Notes: generated by a model from the sequence alone, not told the origin. 64,000 nt of DNA from Eledone cirrhosa (GCA_964016885.1 OZ024742.1:348378001-348442000); one strand, 5' to 3'; positions 1-14,943 are shown, counted from the first letter of the stretch. Numbers and translations: made by a program.

Positions 1-112
1 ACCAAAAAGAACAAGTCAACATCATTGGATACCATCAGGGTTGCAGGTGTTATATCAGAGTTTTCCTTCTCCTAGAATTCTGCCTTGACAAAGGCTAAGG
101 GGTCATCTCTCC

Positions 113-350
113 CTACATACATACATACATACATATATACACATACATATGTACATACACACACATACATACACACACACATACATGTATACATACACAC
201 ACACATACATTTATACACATATATACATAAATACTTATGTACATACACACATACAAACATATATATATACACATACATACATACACCCACATACATACAC
301 ACACATATAACATGCATACATACACACATACACACATACATACATAAATA
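113..350. repeat. Compound (TACA)n/(CA)n microsatellite
   Basis: Direct reading of the sequence; it explains the YIHT/MYVC-rich ORFs. Confidence 0.95.
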
Positions 351-351
351 C

Positions 352-1431
352 GTACATGTTATTGACGAAATAAGGGATGAATATTTACGACGGATAAAAA
401 CCCTAACATTTTGGCAAATCAACGCCTGTTTATATGCCTTAGCAACGACAGTGAAGCATTATCTTGGTGATAGCAGAGATATTAACAAGAACAAAACACC
501 ACCAAAAATACCATCATATATAACTAAAATAGAAAAAAAGATTGCTGACCTACGAAAAACCATAGGATATGTGACATGCAAACAAACACAAAAAAACCTC
601 ACTCTTCACCAACAAAGAGTGAAAAATAAAATAGAGACGATGTTTGGTAACAGTAGAACCAGAACTCTCTAATATAAGCTGATCACCCTCAAACAAGAAT
701 TGAGAGCTGTTAGCGAAACACGCCGATACCTGAAGAAGGTAGATGAAAGAAAAGTGCTTAATAAAAGATTCAGACGAAACCAAACATCGGTCTATAGAGA
801 TATGAAGGACAAAATAATAAGTGTCACTGAGGCCCCATCCCAGAAAGACATAGATCCCTTTTGGAGAAAAACATGGGGTGAAAAAAAGAATTTCAACCAA
901 GATGCAGTGTGGCTAAGAGAAATCTGAAAGAACTATTGCTCCTACACTACAACAAAAACATACAAAATAAGTGAGGGTACCCTTGAGACTGTGATAGGAA
1001 AACTCCAAGATAAGAAAACACCAGGAAGAGACATGATTGTCGGCTACTGGTACAAAAAACTGATATTCTATCGGAGGTATCTTACTGACCTCTACCAACA
1101 AGTTCTTAAGGGAGATACACTTATACCAGAATGGTTGACATTAGCACAAATATTACTGGTCCCCAAGAACAAAGATACCCACTTGGCAAAAAACTACTGA
1201 CCCATTGCATGCCAGAACCTGATATATAAGATGTATACAGCCTGCCTGAACCTATTCTTCCAAGATCACTGTGAAAATAATAACATCATCACGGATGAAC
1301 AAGCAGCTGGAAAGAAAGGGGTTTGGGGATGTGCTGAACAACTCCTAATCAACAAAACTGCGGAGGTGCGACAACTTAGGAGGAATATGGCTACAGTCTG
1401 GCTGGACTACAGGAAAGCTTTTGATTCTTGA
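352..1431 (+). mobile_element. Degraded R4/Dong-clade non-LTR retrotransposon (N-terminal region to RT domain)
   Basis: Broken ORFs give KTPGRDMIVGYWYKK, KNY*PIACQNLIYKMYT, EQAAGKKGVWGCAEQLLIN and VWLDYRKAFDS, matching RT motifs of RLE-type LINEs; several stops. Confidence 0.75.
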
Positions 1432-1547
1432 GAAGCTAGGCTTCACAGGAACAGAAAGAACACAACTAGTTAGGAAATTACAAGTACAATCCATTAATGG
1501 AAAAGTAAAAATATATAAAACATTCCAAAAATGTTGCATCTAATAAC

Positions 1548-1937
1548 TGCATATACACATGTACAGATACAAAGCATATGCACATGCACACATACAACTC
1601 AAAACATACACATCCACACATACAATAACATCCATATCTACACATGCATGCATACATACATAATCTACCTAGATGATGGTGTGTAAATTCCAATGAGAGA
1701 GTCTTGTGTCTTTATTAAAAACCGACTCTCTATTGATAAAAATTTGTGAAATTATAAAACCAAAAGAACATACACACACACATACATACACATATGCATA
1801 CAGACATACATACATGCACTCACATACATACACATACATACATACATGCATACACACACATACATACACATACATACACATACATACACACATATACATA
1901 CACACACATACACACACATACATACACACACATACAT
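1548..1937. repeat. (TACA)n/(CA)n microsatellite tracts
   Basis: Direct reading of the sequence. Confidence 0.85.
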
Positions 1938-2136
1938 TGAGAATAAATCATCAATAAATCATTATCTAAAGTCTATTCAACTAATCCATATATCAATAAA
2001 GATCTATTGTTGTATTGATATTTACTACTGTTGATTTAAGAAAAACTTTTCATCGATTTTATTTTTAAGTAAGTTTTTGTAAGTTTTATTGAACAGCATG
2101 CACAAAAGGCAACAGCATGGAAAAAAGGCAACACAT

Positions 2137-4788
2137 CTTTAGCATTTCAACTGGCTCATAGATTGAATATTATGTGAGATAATTTTATGAGATGAAGCTT
2201 TTACTGTGAAAATACAATAGTATATATAATGTAAATACTAAAGGGTTAAACCGGTTGTATCCAGTCAGAATTCTCTCACCTCTTTCTGTTCAAACCAGCG
2301 GTAACCAGTTAAGATATTGTTCACAAAATAAATAATATCAAAATCTCATAGATTCGATATTATGTGAGGTCAAGCCTTTACCATGAAAATATAATAGTAA
2401 ATATAATGCAAATACTAAAGGGTTAAACTGGTTGTATCCAGTCAGAATTCTCACACCTATTTCTGTTCAAACCAGCTGTAACCAGTTAAGGTATTGTTCA
2501 CAAAATAAATAATATCAAAATTTTATAGATTCGATATTATGCGAGGTCAAGCCTTTACAGTGAAAATGCAATAGTAAATATAATGTAAATACTAAAGAGT
2601 TAAACCGGTTGTATCCAGTCAGAATTCTCTCACCTCTTTCTGTTCAAACAAGCTGTAACCAGTTAAGGTATTGTTAACAAAATAAATAATATCAAAATCT
2701 CATAGATTCAATATTATGCGAGGTCAAGCCTTTACACTGAAAATACAATAGTAAATATAATGTAAATACTAAAGAGTTAAACCGGTTGTATCCAGTCAGA
2801 GTTCTCTCAACTCTTTCTGTTCAAACCAGCTGTAACCAGTTAAGGTATTGTTCACAAAATAAATAATATCAAAATCTCATAGATTCGATATTATGTGAGG
2901 TCAAGCCTTTACACTGAAAATACAATAGTAAATATAATGTAAATACTAAAGAGTTAAACCGGTTGTATCCAGTCAGAATTCTCTCACCTCTTTCTGTTCA
3001 AACCAGCTGTAACCAGTTAAGGTATTGTTCACAAAATAAATAATATCAAAATCTCATAAATTCGATATTATGCGAGGTCAAGCCTTTACAGTGAAAATAC
3101 AATAGTAAATATAATGCAAATACTAAATAAGAGGGATCAGATGTTGTTTACTCGACAGAAGGCTACGTTGGTATGGTCACGTGATGCGCATGAAAGACGA
3201 CAGCTGTATAGCAAAGTGCAGGGCAATAAAGATAGACGGTAGCCACGGAGTAGGCAGACCCAGAAAAACCTGGGACGAGCTGATAAATTCCGACCTCACA
3301 CACTTACACCTCTCCAAGACAATGTCGCTGGACCGAGACATTTGGCGGTACTCAGTAATAGAGAAGACCCGCCTTACCTAAATACAAAGTAAAACCTACT
3401 ACAGTCAGTAGGCATCTCTAACAAAATACACCCCCGTCCCACCACCCCACCCCATCCACACCACCCCTTTCAATGTAAAGTTATGTTGATGCGACAAAAT
3501 CCAGGCCGAAACAAATGAGATCGTGTAGGTGTCACGACAAAAAAAGCACACAGTCCACGCTGTAATGTGACCGTGTAGGCAACACGGTAAAAACCTCCCA
3601 GCCCCACACTGTAAATGTGGTTGGTGTTAGGAAGGGCATCCAACTGTAGAAAACCCGCCAGACAGTCCACGCTGTAATGTGGCCGTGTAGGCAACACGGT
3701 AAAAACCTTCCAGCCCCACACTGTAAATGTGGTTGGTGTTAGGAAGGGCATCCAACTGTAGAAAACCCGCCAGACAGTCCTATGCGAGCAAGACAACCAC
3801 TCTTGCCTCAAGTGGGAAAACTCCCGTCCAAACCCATGCAAGCGTGGAACATGGACATTAAACGATGATGATGATGATGAAAGGGTTAAACCAGTTGTAT
3901 CCAGTCAGAATTCTCTCACCTATTTCTGTTCAAACCAGCTGTAACCAGTTAAGGTATTGTTCACAAAATAAATAATATCAAAATCTCATAGATTCGATAT
4001 TATGCGAGGTCAAGCCTTTACAGTGAAAATATAATAGTAAATATAATGTAAATACTAAAGAGTTAAACCAGTTGTATCGAGTCAGAATTCTCTCACCTCT
4101 TTCTGTTCAAACCAGCTGTAACCAGTTAAGGTATTATTCACAAAATAAATCATATCAAAATCTCATAGATTCGATATTATGCGAGGTCAAGCCTTTACCA
4201 TGAAAATATAATAGTAAATATAATGTAAATACTAAAGAGTTAAACCGGTTGTATCCAGTCAGAATTCTCCAACTTCTTTCTGTTGAAACCAGCTATAACC
4301 AGTTAAGGTATTGTTCACAGAATAAATAATATCAAAATCTCATAGATTCGATATTATGCGAGGTCAAGCTGTTACCATGAAAATATAATATAAATACTAA
4401 AGAGTTAAACCGGTTGTATCCAGTCAGAATTCTCTCACCTCTTTCTGTTCAAACCAGCTGTAACCAGTTAAGGTATTGTTCACAAAATAAATAATATCAA
4501 AATCTCATAGATTCGATATTATACGAGGTCAAGCCTTTACAGTGAAAATATAATAGTAAATATAATGTAAATACTAAAGAGTTAAACCGGTTGTATCCAG
4601 TCAGAATTCTCTCACCTCTTTCTGTTCAAAATAGATGTAACCAGTTAAGGTATCGTTCACAAAATAAATAATATCAAAATCTCATAGATTCGATATTATG
4701 TGAGGTCAAGCCTTTACAGTGAAAATACAATAGTAAATATAATGTAAATACTAAAGAGTTAAACCGGTTGTATCCAGTCAGAATTCTC
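2137..4788 (+). repeat. 177-bp tandem satellite (about 10-11 units) derived from a TTAA MITE, interrupted by an RTE insertion
   Basis: The GTAACCAGTT landmark recurs at 2301, 2478, 2655, 2832, 3009 and at 3941, 4118, 4295, 4460 (12-bp deletion), 4637. Confidence 0.95.
3127..3880 (+). mobile_element. 5'-truncated RTE LINE (RT C-terminus, 3'UTR, (GAT)n tail)
   Basis: Encodes RRLRWYGHVMRM...GRPRKTW; (GAT)n tail; internal 112-bp tandem duplication (cagtcc at 3551/3663/3775). Confidence 0.9.
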
Positions 4789-4900
4789 TTCTTCTTCTTC
4801 TTCTTCTTCTTCTTCTTCTTCTTCTTCTTCTTCTTCTTCTTCTTCTTCTTTTTCTTTTTCCTTTTCTTTTTCTTTTTCTTTTTCTTCTTCTTCTTCTTTA
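4788..4900. repeat. (TTC)n microsatellite
   Basis: Direct reading of the sequence. Confidence 0.9.
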
Positions 4901-4904
4901 TTTA

Positions 4905-6345
<1,441 letters not shown>

Positions 6346-6573
6346 AAGCGATATATATATAGAGAGAATGTTTGAGCAGGACCTGTCTGGTCTCAGACCA
6401 CAACAATCTGTCTAACACATGCCAACATTGAAATCAGACATAACAAGAGAACAACGGTCATGATAATGATGATATATGTAAGCTCATTCTCATTTCAAGA
6501 GAAATATGTTGAAATATATTGAAATATAAAATATAAAATTAAATACTAAAGTTTTATCTGTAATATTTCTCAG

Positions 6574-6649
6574 CTCCTGAAGTTCTTCAAGGTTCCATGT
6601 ACAGTTTTCCTGCAGACATGTGGAGTGCTGGAGTTATTTTGTTTATTTT
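6574..6649 (+). CDS. CAMK4: CaMKIV-like kinase exon (subdomains VIII-IX)
   Basis: ttctcAG|...|GTgagt; (A)PEVLQGSMYSFPADMWSAGVILFI(L); phase fits the next exon. Upstream exons were not found in the window. Confidence 0.9.
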
Positions 6650-6786
6650 GTGAGTAAAGCAACCTTCCTACTTTAACCCTTTCAATACAAACCTGTCCAA
6701 AATGTCTGTGGTTCTGTGATAAAACTGAACATAAATTAAAACCTTCTGCCATAGTTTTATGCATCTATTTTCCCTGCTAGCAAGCA

Positions 6787-6839
<53 letters not shown>

Positions 6840-6844
<5 letters not shown>

Positions 6845-7166
6845 ATATTAAATAAATGGAAACTATATTTATAAAACTATATTTATTCTATTATATATAT
6901 TTCAAGGGTACCAGAACTTTGGTACGCTTTCATCAGATAAAATACAAAGTTTGTTTTATACATTTTGACATAACCAAGAAAAATACCTTAACGGTTCAAG
7001 TTTTCCTTGGATATATATAATAGAATAAATATGGTTTTATAAATATAGTTTCCATTTATTTAATATCATTGAATATTATACTCCAGAAAATCTGTCGAGT
7101 GCTCTGACTCAGTTATAAACATTTATATTTGTTGAATTACCAACAAATTGAATATCCCTTTTGCTT
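6840..7166. mobile_element. Inverted-repeat element (Penelope-like pLTR remnant) in (AT)n
   Basis: About 60-bp arms at 6840-6900 and 7011-7071; CTGATGA on the minus strand inside; tail ttatactccag...gagtgct resembles 61825-61860. Confidence 0.55.
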
Positions 7167-7179
7167 ATATATATATATA

Positions 7180-7520
7180 TCATCATCATTTCATTCATCA
7201 TCATCATTTTACGTCCACTTTTCCCTGCTTGCAAGGGTGGGACGGGAACTGATTCTGGCTTGATTTCTACAGCTGGATGCCCTTCTCATTTTACAGTGAG
7301 TGCTGGGTGCTTTTTTTGTCGTGGCACCTCCACGACCACTTTGCAGTGGAATGATAGGGACCCCAGTCCCTATCATCTCATTTCTACAGCTGAGTAAACT
7401 GGAGCAATGTGAAATAAAGTGTCTTGCTCAAGGAAACAACACGTCACCCGGTCCGAGAATTGTACTCACAACCTTTCGATTGCAAGCCCAATGCTCTAAC
7501 CACTAAGCCATACGCCTTCA
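7180..7520 (-). mobile_element. CORE-type SINE with RTE-derived tail
   Basis: tRNA-like head, CORE-like body, RTE 3'UTR homology and (TGA)n tail. Confidence 0.85.
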
Positions 7521-7544
7521 TATATATATATATATATATATATA

Positions 7545-9916
7545 TCTGGCAAGTTTTCTATGGCTGGATGCCCTTCCTAACACCGACCACATTTACAGTG
7601 TGGATTGGGAGCCTTTTTACCGTGGTACCTACATGATCACTTTACAGCGTGGACTGTGTGGTTTTTGTTGTGATACCTACACGACCACTTTAGTGTGAAC
7701 TGGATGTTCTGTGGTACCAACATAACTTTACAGAGGAAGTGTGGTGTGGGTGGGAGTGGGAGGATGGAGTAGGGGTAGTGGTTTGGGGTGTATATTTGGT
7801 TAAGAGGTGCCTACTGACTGTAGGTTTAACTTTGTACGTAAGGGAAGGCAGGTCTTCTGTATTACTGCGTAGCGGCAAAGGTCTCGATCCAGTGACATTG
7901 TCTTAGAGAGGTTCAAGTGTGCAAGATCAAATTTTATCATGTTGTCTCTGGTTTTTCTTGGTCTACCCACTCTGTAGCTTCCATCAATTTTCATTGCTCT
8001 GCACTTTTTTATACAGCTGTTGTCCTTCATATGCATCACATGGCCATACTAACACAATCTCCTTTCCAGAACACAACATTTGATACCTCTTATGCTTAGT
8101 CTCCCTCTCAATTTGTTTATGCTCTGCTGTTCGCGCACATTACTATTACACATCCATCGGAGTATGCAAGCTTCATTTCTTTCTAATCTACGAAGGTCTT
8201 CAGCACACAACACCCAGGTCTCACTATCATATAATATTGCCGTTCGTATACAAGCATCATATAATGCCTTTCACTTTTAGAGAAAATCCCCTTGTGGCCA
8301 ACAACAGTATTAGCTCTCTGAACTTTTTCCATCCCGTTTTAACTCTGGCTACTACACTTTCAGAGCACCCTCCTCCACTACTGATTTTGTCACCCAGGTA
8401 ACAGAAAATGTCTACTATTTCTATAGAACCATCTGGGCAGTTGAAGAAGATAGCATCCAGTGGGTCCTTGCTACTTACTGCACCTGAGCATCAGCCACAT
8501 ATAAAATCTACATTCTTTGGTAGCTTGCCTGTGATCCCACTACATCTTTTATGTACCCATAGTTTACATTTGGGGCATAGAATGGAATTTCTACCTATTC
8601 CTTTCCTACACACTGAGCAAGGCCATTTCCCAGAGAGAACCTGTGCTCTATTTTCTTTTCTACATACTAGAACTTTAGTCTTAGACAAGTTAACTTTAAG
8701 GCCTTTTGATTCTAGGCCATGCTTCCATGTTTGGAATTTCTTCTCTAGTTCTGCCATAGATTCAGCTATGAGCGTTAGATCATCTGCATATAAAGGTTCC
8801 CATGGGCAGACAGTCTTCAACTCATCTGTTATAGCGTGAAGGACTAAATAAATAGGAGGGGGCTAAGGACAGAGCCTTGGTGAACACCTACTTTTATGCT
8901 AAATTTTTCACTATTTTCATTGTTAATTCTAACCTTGCTGACTGTTCCTCTCACAAGCCACTCATCTACTCCTAGTTTTCTAAGAGCCCACCAGATAATG
9001 GAGCGGGGGACTCTGTCAAAGGCTTTATCCAAGTTGACAAAAGCTAAGTAGAGGGGTTTACTTTTAACTAGGTACTTTCCTGTAGTTGACGTACAAGGAA
9101 GAGAGCATCTGTGGTACTTTTACCTGGCACAAACTGCATTTCATCTAGATCAATTTGGTTCCTAATCAGCTGTGCGATAACTCTTTCTGAGACCTTCATG
9201 ACCTGGTCAACTTACTTAATGCCTCTATAGTTTCCTCTGTCTAGAGCATCTCCTTTACCCTTGTAGCAGTTAATGATGATGATGCTACGCCAGTCATTTG
9301 GTATGACCCCATTCTGTATTACTTGGTTTACTATCCGGGTGACCATAGTATGTCCTACCATTTCAGATGCCTTCAACATCTCAGCAACTATCCCCCGAAG
9401 GCTCAGCTGCCTTGTCTGCCTTCATATCTTTGATTGCCTTACTTACTATACTACCATTAACTTGCAGAGCTGGTCCCTCTGTTGGATCAATTTGGGGCAG
9501 ACTATCTTTATCCCATTCATTCTCCTCAGTTTAGTCGTCTCTCGTAGTGACACTTCCAAGCTACCTTCTTATCAGTGAGGGAAAGTACACCATCATCATT
9601 ACCATCATCACACTTCTCTCCAACAATATCACAATTTTCTTTGACACATTGCCTCGCAATTCCGAACACCTAATGTTTTTGGTCGTCGCATTGTAGAACA
9701 TGCTTGAATTTTCTAACCTCTGCTTCCCTTCTTGCAAAGTACGCTTGTCACCTAGCTTCTCTCCTAGCCACCTGGTAGTGTTCTTTACTTCCCCCATTCC
9801 GCCATTAATTGTCTCCTCCACCCTACTGTTCCACCACCATGCTACTCTCCTCCTGCCTAAGGGTCTGTTCCAGCCACAGATTTCATCTGTCGCCTTCAGC
9901 AGGTTAACTTTCAGGT

Positions 9917-9920
<4 letters not shown>
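7545..9920 (-). mobile_element. Degraded RTE LINE (RT domain to 3'UTR)
   Basis: DKAFDRVP, GVHQGSVLSPLLF, LYADDL and a C-rich CSVC..CPKC..HKRC segment; frameshifts and stops. Confidence 0.92.
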
Positions 9921-9951
<31 letters not shown>

Positions 9952-10130
9952 TGTAGAGTAGAGAAGGCCTTTCATTTGAGTTTATAATTGACAACATCTC
10001 TAGTGTTGGTACCACAAAAAATACACCTAGAATACTCTGTAAGGTGGTTGGTGATAGAAAGGGCACCCAGCTGTAGATACCATATCAAAAAGGTTAATAG
10101 AATGTTGGTGGTTTACAAGATGAATTAATA

Positions 10131-10985
10131 TTAATCCTTTTGACACCAAACCACTCCTGCTTCTATGGCACAGAATGTTTTAGTTTAAAGTGTTTGTCAA
10201 ATTATCTTCCAAACACCAGCTTAATAAAGAGAAAGTTAATTATTCTCCCTACACACGTATGTGTGTGTAACATGACTCGTACACTGTTCACTTTCCTGAC
10301 TTTTGTACATTATTCTATGTACAAAGGCGGGGAATTGGCAGTATTGGTAGAGGGTTGGACGCCATACTTTGCAGCAAAGAGTTACAGCGCTTTAAGATCT
10401 GAGTTCAAATCCCACCGAGGTTAACTTTGCCTTTCATCCTTACGGGGGTCGATAAAATAAAGTACCAGTAATGCACTGAGATAATTGCTGGCCTTGTGCC
10501 AAAAGTAGAAACAATTATTCTATGTACTATACATGCACCTTTGATGAGTTGTAGTGCACCTGAGCACTGTACACAATAATTTTCATTATTATTACCAAAT
10601 CCCACAAAATTCTTGATTATTTTCAAAAGATTTAAAAATCAAAAGCAGTGTCTTCCATTAAAATATAGTAACAAAAGGGTTGTTACAAACACCAACATAA
10701 TAATGAGAAAGTTAGCTATATTACTAAACCACTCCAAATTCTTGGTTATATTCAAAATGATATGAAAGTCGTACAGCATTTTTTTATTAGAAATATGGTA
10801 ATAAAAGGGTTAAATTGTTTATATTTATAAAAAAAAATTCTATTTTAATTTTATGTAAGAACCTTTAAGTTATGTTCCAAAATACGAGCTTAATGAGAAA
10901 GTTAGTTATATTACTAAATCCATCAAAATGATTTGAAAATCATAGGTAGTGTATTTATTTTAAAATACAGTAACGAAAGGGTTTA
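10131..10985 (+). mobile_element. TTAA MITE family 2 copy split by a SINE, with tandemly repeated right halves
   Basis: The left end ttaatccttttgacacc and the right ends ...aaagggtt near 10680, 10811 and 10983 match the complete copy at 56496-56730. Confidence 0.6.
10326..10595 (+). mobile_element. tRNA-derived SINE family B
   Basis: ggcggggaattggcag head, GAGTTCAAATCCC B-box, ctttcatccttacggggtcgataaaataaagtaccag body and (ATT)n tail. Confidence 0.8.
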
Positions 10986-11085
10986 TAGCAACTTGAAGTT
11001 TTTACTTTACAATAAAATCTCACTTAAGTTTTCTTTCTCTACAATAGATATTTCTGACAAATATCCAAATCCTTTCTCATTGCAG

Positions 11086-11203
11086 ACTAGTTGGTTATGA
11101 ACCATTTTTTGCGTCCAATGACCATAAGATATACAAGAGGATTATTCGTGTTGACTGGAAGTTTGATTCCCCATGGTGGGATGATATTAGTTCCAACAGC
11201 AAA
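11086..11203 (+). CDS. CAMK4: CaMKIV-like kinase exon (subdomain X)
   Basis: ttgcAG|...|GTgagt; LVGYEPFFASNDHKIYKRIIRVDWKFDSPWWDDISSNSK. Confidence 0.93.
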
Positions 11204-11332
11204 GTGAGTGTTGCTCTCAATCACATTATTTTGACCAACTTACATGTTTCATCTTTGTTTCATACTAAATAGGCAACGAGTAGGTCTGGGGGACTCTCCT
11301 TGGGTTATACACTTAGTTCATCACTTAGTTCC

Positions 11333-11716
<384 letters not shown>

Positions 11717-11770
11717 AATTCATCACCTAGTTTGTACGGTGCTCTACGTGTACAGCCAATCCACTGCCCT

Positions 11771-11809
<39 letters not shown>

Positions 11810-12364
11810 GTAAAAACGATGATGATGATTATTGTGCAAGGTTTTATAATCATATTTTTATGTCAAAAATAAGGGATAACATTGAACATGTTTGGGTGGG
11901 TTGGGATTGATGCACTTTCAATGACCTTAACCTACGACAGTCTAGGATCCATGACCCCTGAATTCCTGATGGAACTAATTACTGTCATGACATATGGAGT
12001 ATCTTGAACATTTTAAACCTGGCAGGACCCATCTCCTCTTCAGGAGAGCTGACTTCTTACAGAAAGACAGAAAAAGTAGGTGAAACAATCAACACCCCCA
12101 TTATCAGACTGGTACTTTTTTTTATTAACCTAAAAAAAATGAACGGCAACCTGAACCTCAGTGGTTTTTGAATTCAGAATGCAGACAGCCAGAACAAACA
12201 CCACAAAGCATTTTATCCAATGTTCTACCAATTTGATGCCTTTATAACAGTATAATTAGGTAACTTTAGTAGTACTAGTAAGCTCCTCTTTTGACCAGCA
12301 TCTTGTGACCTAGATTCCTTCTTTCTGGCGCTACATGAAAGACAAAACATCATTCATAATATAT

Positions 12365-12690
12365 GTAGTGGCCCTCCGTTACAATGACAAATGTTCTAGT
12401 TGATCCAATCAACAGAACAGCCTGCTTGTGAAATTAATGTGCAAGTGGCTGAGCATTCCACAAACATATGTATGTTTAATGTAGTTCTCAGGGAGATTCA
12501 GCGTGACACAGACTATGGCAAGGCTGGCCCTTCAAATTACAGGTACAGCCCATTTTTACCAGCTGAGTGGACTGGAGCAACATGAAATAAAGTGTCTTGC
12601 TCAAGGACACAACGTGCTGCCATGAATTGAACTCACAACCTTATGATTGTGAGCTGAATACCCCAGCCACAAAGCCATGTACCTTCATTT
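12365..12690 (-). mobile_element. CORE-type SINE, third tail variant
   Basis: The minus strand has gtgagttcaattc...gtgtccttgagcaagacactttatttc. Confidence 0.7.
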
Positions 12691-12769
12691 TACAATGTAT
12701 ATCAATGAAGAATTAACATTACTTATTTGCCAAAAAATGTGTCTAAGATTTTCTCCCAGATTTATTATG

Positions 12770-13070
12770 CAAGAGATACATGTCATACAGCTGACTTTTC
12801 ATTTGGAGAGAGAAACCTTTTGTTGTTACCTGAGGTAGTAACTCCCTAAACTTCTTCCATCCCATCCTTATTCTAGCTACTATGCTTTCAAAGCACATTC
12901 CTCCACTGCTAATTATATCATCTAGGTAACAGAAGCTATCAACCACTTCTATGGATCCTACGTGGAATTGGAAAAGGTTTATATCAACGTCACTCTTACT
13001 ATGAATTGTCTCAGAACATCTTACTACATACAAAGTCTTCCTTTCCCTTTAGTCTGTCTGTTATCCTACT
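12770..13070 (-). mobile_element. Old RTE fragment
   Basis: IEVVDSFCYL..RIRMGWKKFRELLP. Confidence 0.75.
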
Positions 13071-13214
13071 AACTTTTGTTAAGTTATGTTCCAACCACCA
13101 ACTTAATAATGAGAAAATTAGTTATATTACTAAATCCCCCCAAATTCTTGATTATTTTCAAAATCACAGGCAGTGACTTTCATTAGAAATATGAAAACAA
13201 AAGGAGAAATTGTT

Positions 13215-13568
13215 TATCATCATCATTTTCATCATTTCATTTTACGTCCGCTTTTTCCCTGCTTGCAAGGGTGGGATGGGAACTGATGCTGGCTTGATTT
13301 CTACAGCTGGATGCCCTTCCTAACGCCAACCTCATTTTTACAGTGAGTGCTGGGTGCTTTTTTGCCGTGGCACCTCCATGACCACTTTGCAGTGGAATGA
13401 TAGGGACCCCAGTCCCTATCATCTCATTTCTACAGCTGAATAAACTGGAGCAATGTGAAATAAAGTGTCTTGCTCAAGGAAACAACACATCACCCGGTCT
13501 GAGAATTGAACTCACAACCTTTCGATTGCAAGGCCAATGCTCTAACCACTAAGCCATGTGCCTCCATG
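13215..13568 (-). mobile_element. Full-length CORE-type SINE with RTE tail
   Basis: Same sequence as the other copies (18958, 24073, 33848). Confidence 0.88.
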
Positions 13569-13639
13569 TGTTTATATTTATCTAAAAACCTGCCATCACA
13601 ATTTTATGTAAGGACATTTGTTATGTCCAGTTAGAAACC

Positions 13640-14190
13640 ATCATCAACATCACCATTTTTATGTCCGTTCTTCCACACTAGCATGGGTTAGACAGGTTGT
13701 CCTGTTGTGGGCAGTGTCCAGTCGGCTGACCTTGTCTTACTCATACTGGAACTAATTCTGGCTTGATCTCTACAGCTGGATGCGCTTCCTAACACCAACC
13801 TCATTTACAGTGTGGGCTGGATGCTTTTTTGCTGTGGCACCTCCACGGCCACTTTGTAGTAGGAGGGGGTGGGGGCATATTGTCTATATGCTTCAGCTTC
13901 AGCTTGTTCCTGTGGGGGTCGGGTCTTCTGTATTACTGCGTGACGCCAGAGGTCACGGTTGTGTGTCATCGCCCTTAAGAGGTGCAATTGGGTAAGGTCA
14001 GCCTTTATCACCTCATCCCAGGTCTTCTTGGGTCTCCCCACTCCACGGCTTCCATCGACTTCTAGTGCTCTGCACCTTTTTATACAGCTGTTATCCTTCA
14101 TACGCATCACATGTCCATACCAACGTAATCTCTTCTCCTGCACACAGCATTTGATTCCTCTTATGCTCAGTCTCTCTCTCAGTTCGTTTG
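13640..14190 (-). mobile_element. 5'-truncated RTE LINE (second subfamily)
   Basis: RLRWYGHVMRM...GRPKKTW plus 3'UTR; ends about 50 bp before the kinase exon. Confidence 0.88.
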
Positions 14191-14240
14191 GTAAGAAAAG
14201 TGTTAAATATTGAAGCCTAAACCTTTTGTATTTTCTACAG

Positions 14241-14399
14241 GATTTGATTTCTAAAATATTGATCCGAGAACCTGCCAAACGTCCAAGTGCAACTGATGCC
14301 TTACAGCACCCCTGGGTAACAGGTGAAGCAGCTAAGGATGATAACATGGTGAAGACTAAACAGAGGTTGATATCTTTCAATGGACGCAGGAAGTTAAAG
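14241..14399 (+). CDS. CAMK4: CaMKIV-like kinase exon (subdomain XI plus autoinhibitory segment)
   Basis: ttctacAG|...|GTagat; DLISKILIREPAKRPSATDALQHPWVTGEAAKDDNMVKTKQRLISFNGRRKLK. Confidence 0.94.
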
Positions 14400-14569
14400 G
14401 TAGATTCTTTTCATTTTTTCCCTTTCTTTTGGAATCTTGAATTCTTCATTAATAAGGAATGAAATATTGTAGAAGATGCTTCTTTATTTTGAAGAAAAAG
14501 TTTGAAAAATCTTATTGTAATGTCTAATATTTTGGGTAGAAAAAAGCGCATCTTATACACCAAAAAATA

Positions 14570-14800
14570 CGGTACACATCTGGTGTTTACCTGTGGATTT
14601 TACCTCAGGTACACTTGTGGGTTTTACCTGCAGGTACACATGTGAGCTTTATTGGCAGGTATGCCTGTGGGCTTTTACCTGTGGGTTTCACCTGCAGGTA
14701 TACTTGTGAGTTTTATTGGCAAGTACATCTGTAGGTTTTACTGGCAGGTACACCTGTGAAGTTTTATCTGTTTTACCTGTGTATACACCTGTGGGTTTGC
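14570..14800. repeat. Degenerate ~25-bp minisatellite (cacctgtgggttttacctgcaggta)
   Basis: Direct reading; lies in the last kinase intron. Confidence 0.7.
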
Positions 14801-14943
14801 CAGCTCATGATGATGATAATGGCTATAATAAAATGACATCATCACATCATCATTCTCACCACCACCACCACCACCACCACCACCACCACCACCACCACCG
14901 TCATCATCTACAACAATAACAACTGTTTAAATCTCATTTTTAG

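Noticed and set aside
72-422. ORFs rich in YIHT/MYVC and similar (also at 1669-2034, 5744-6070, 11244-11872, 39752-40335, 41394-41917, 55777-56018, 59528-60078)
   Set aside because: They are translations of microsatellites, not genes.
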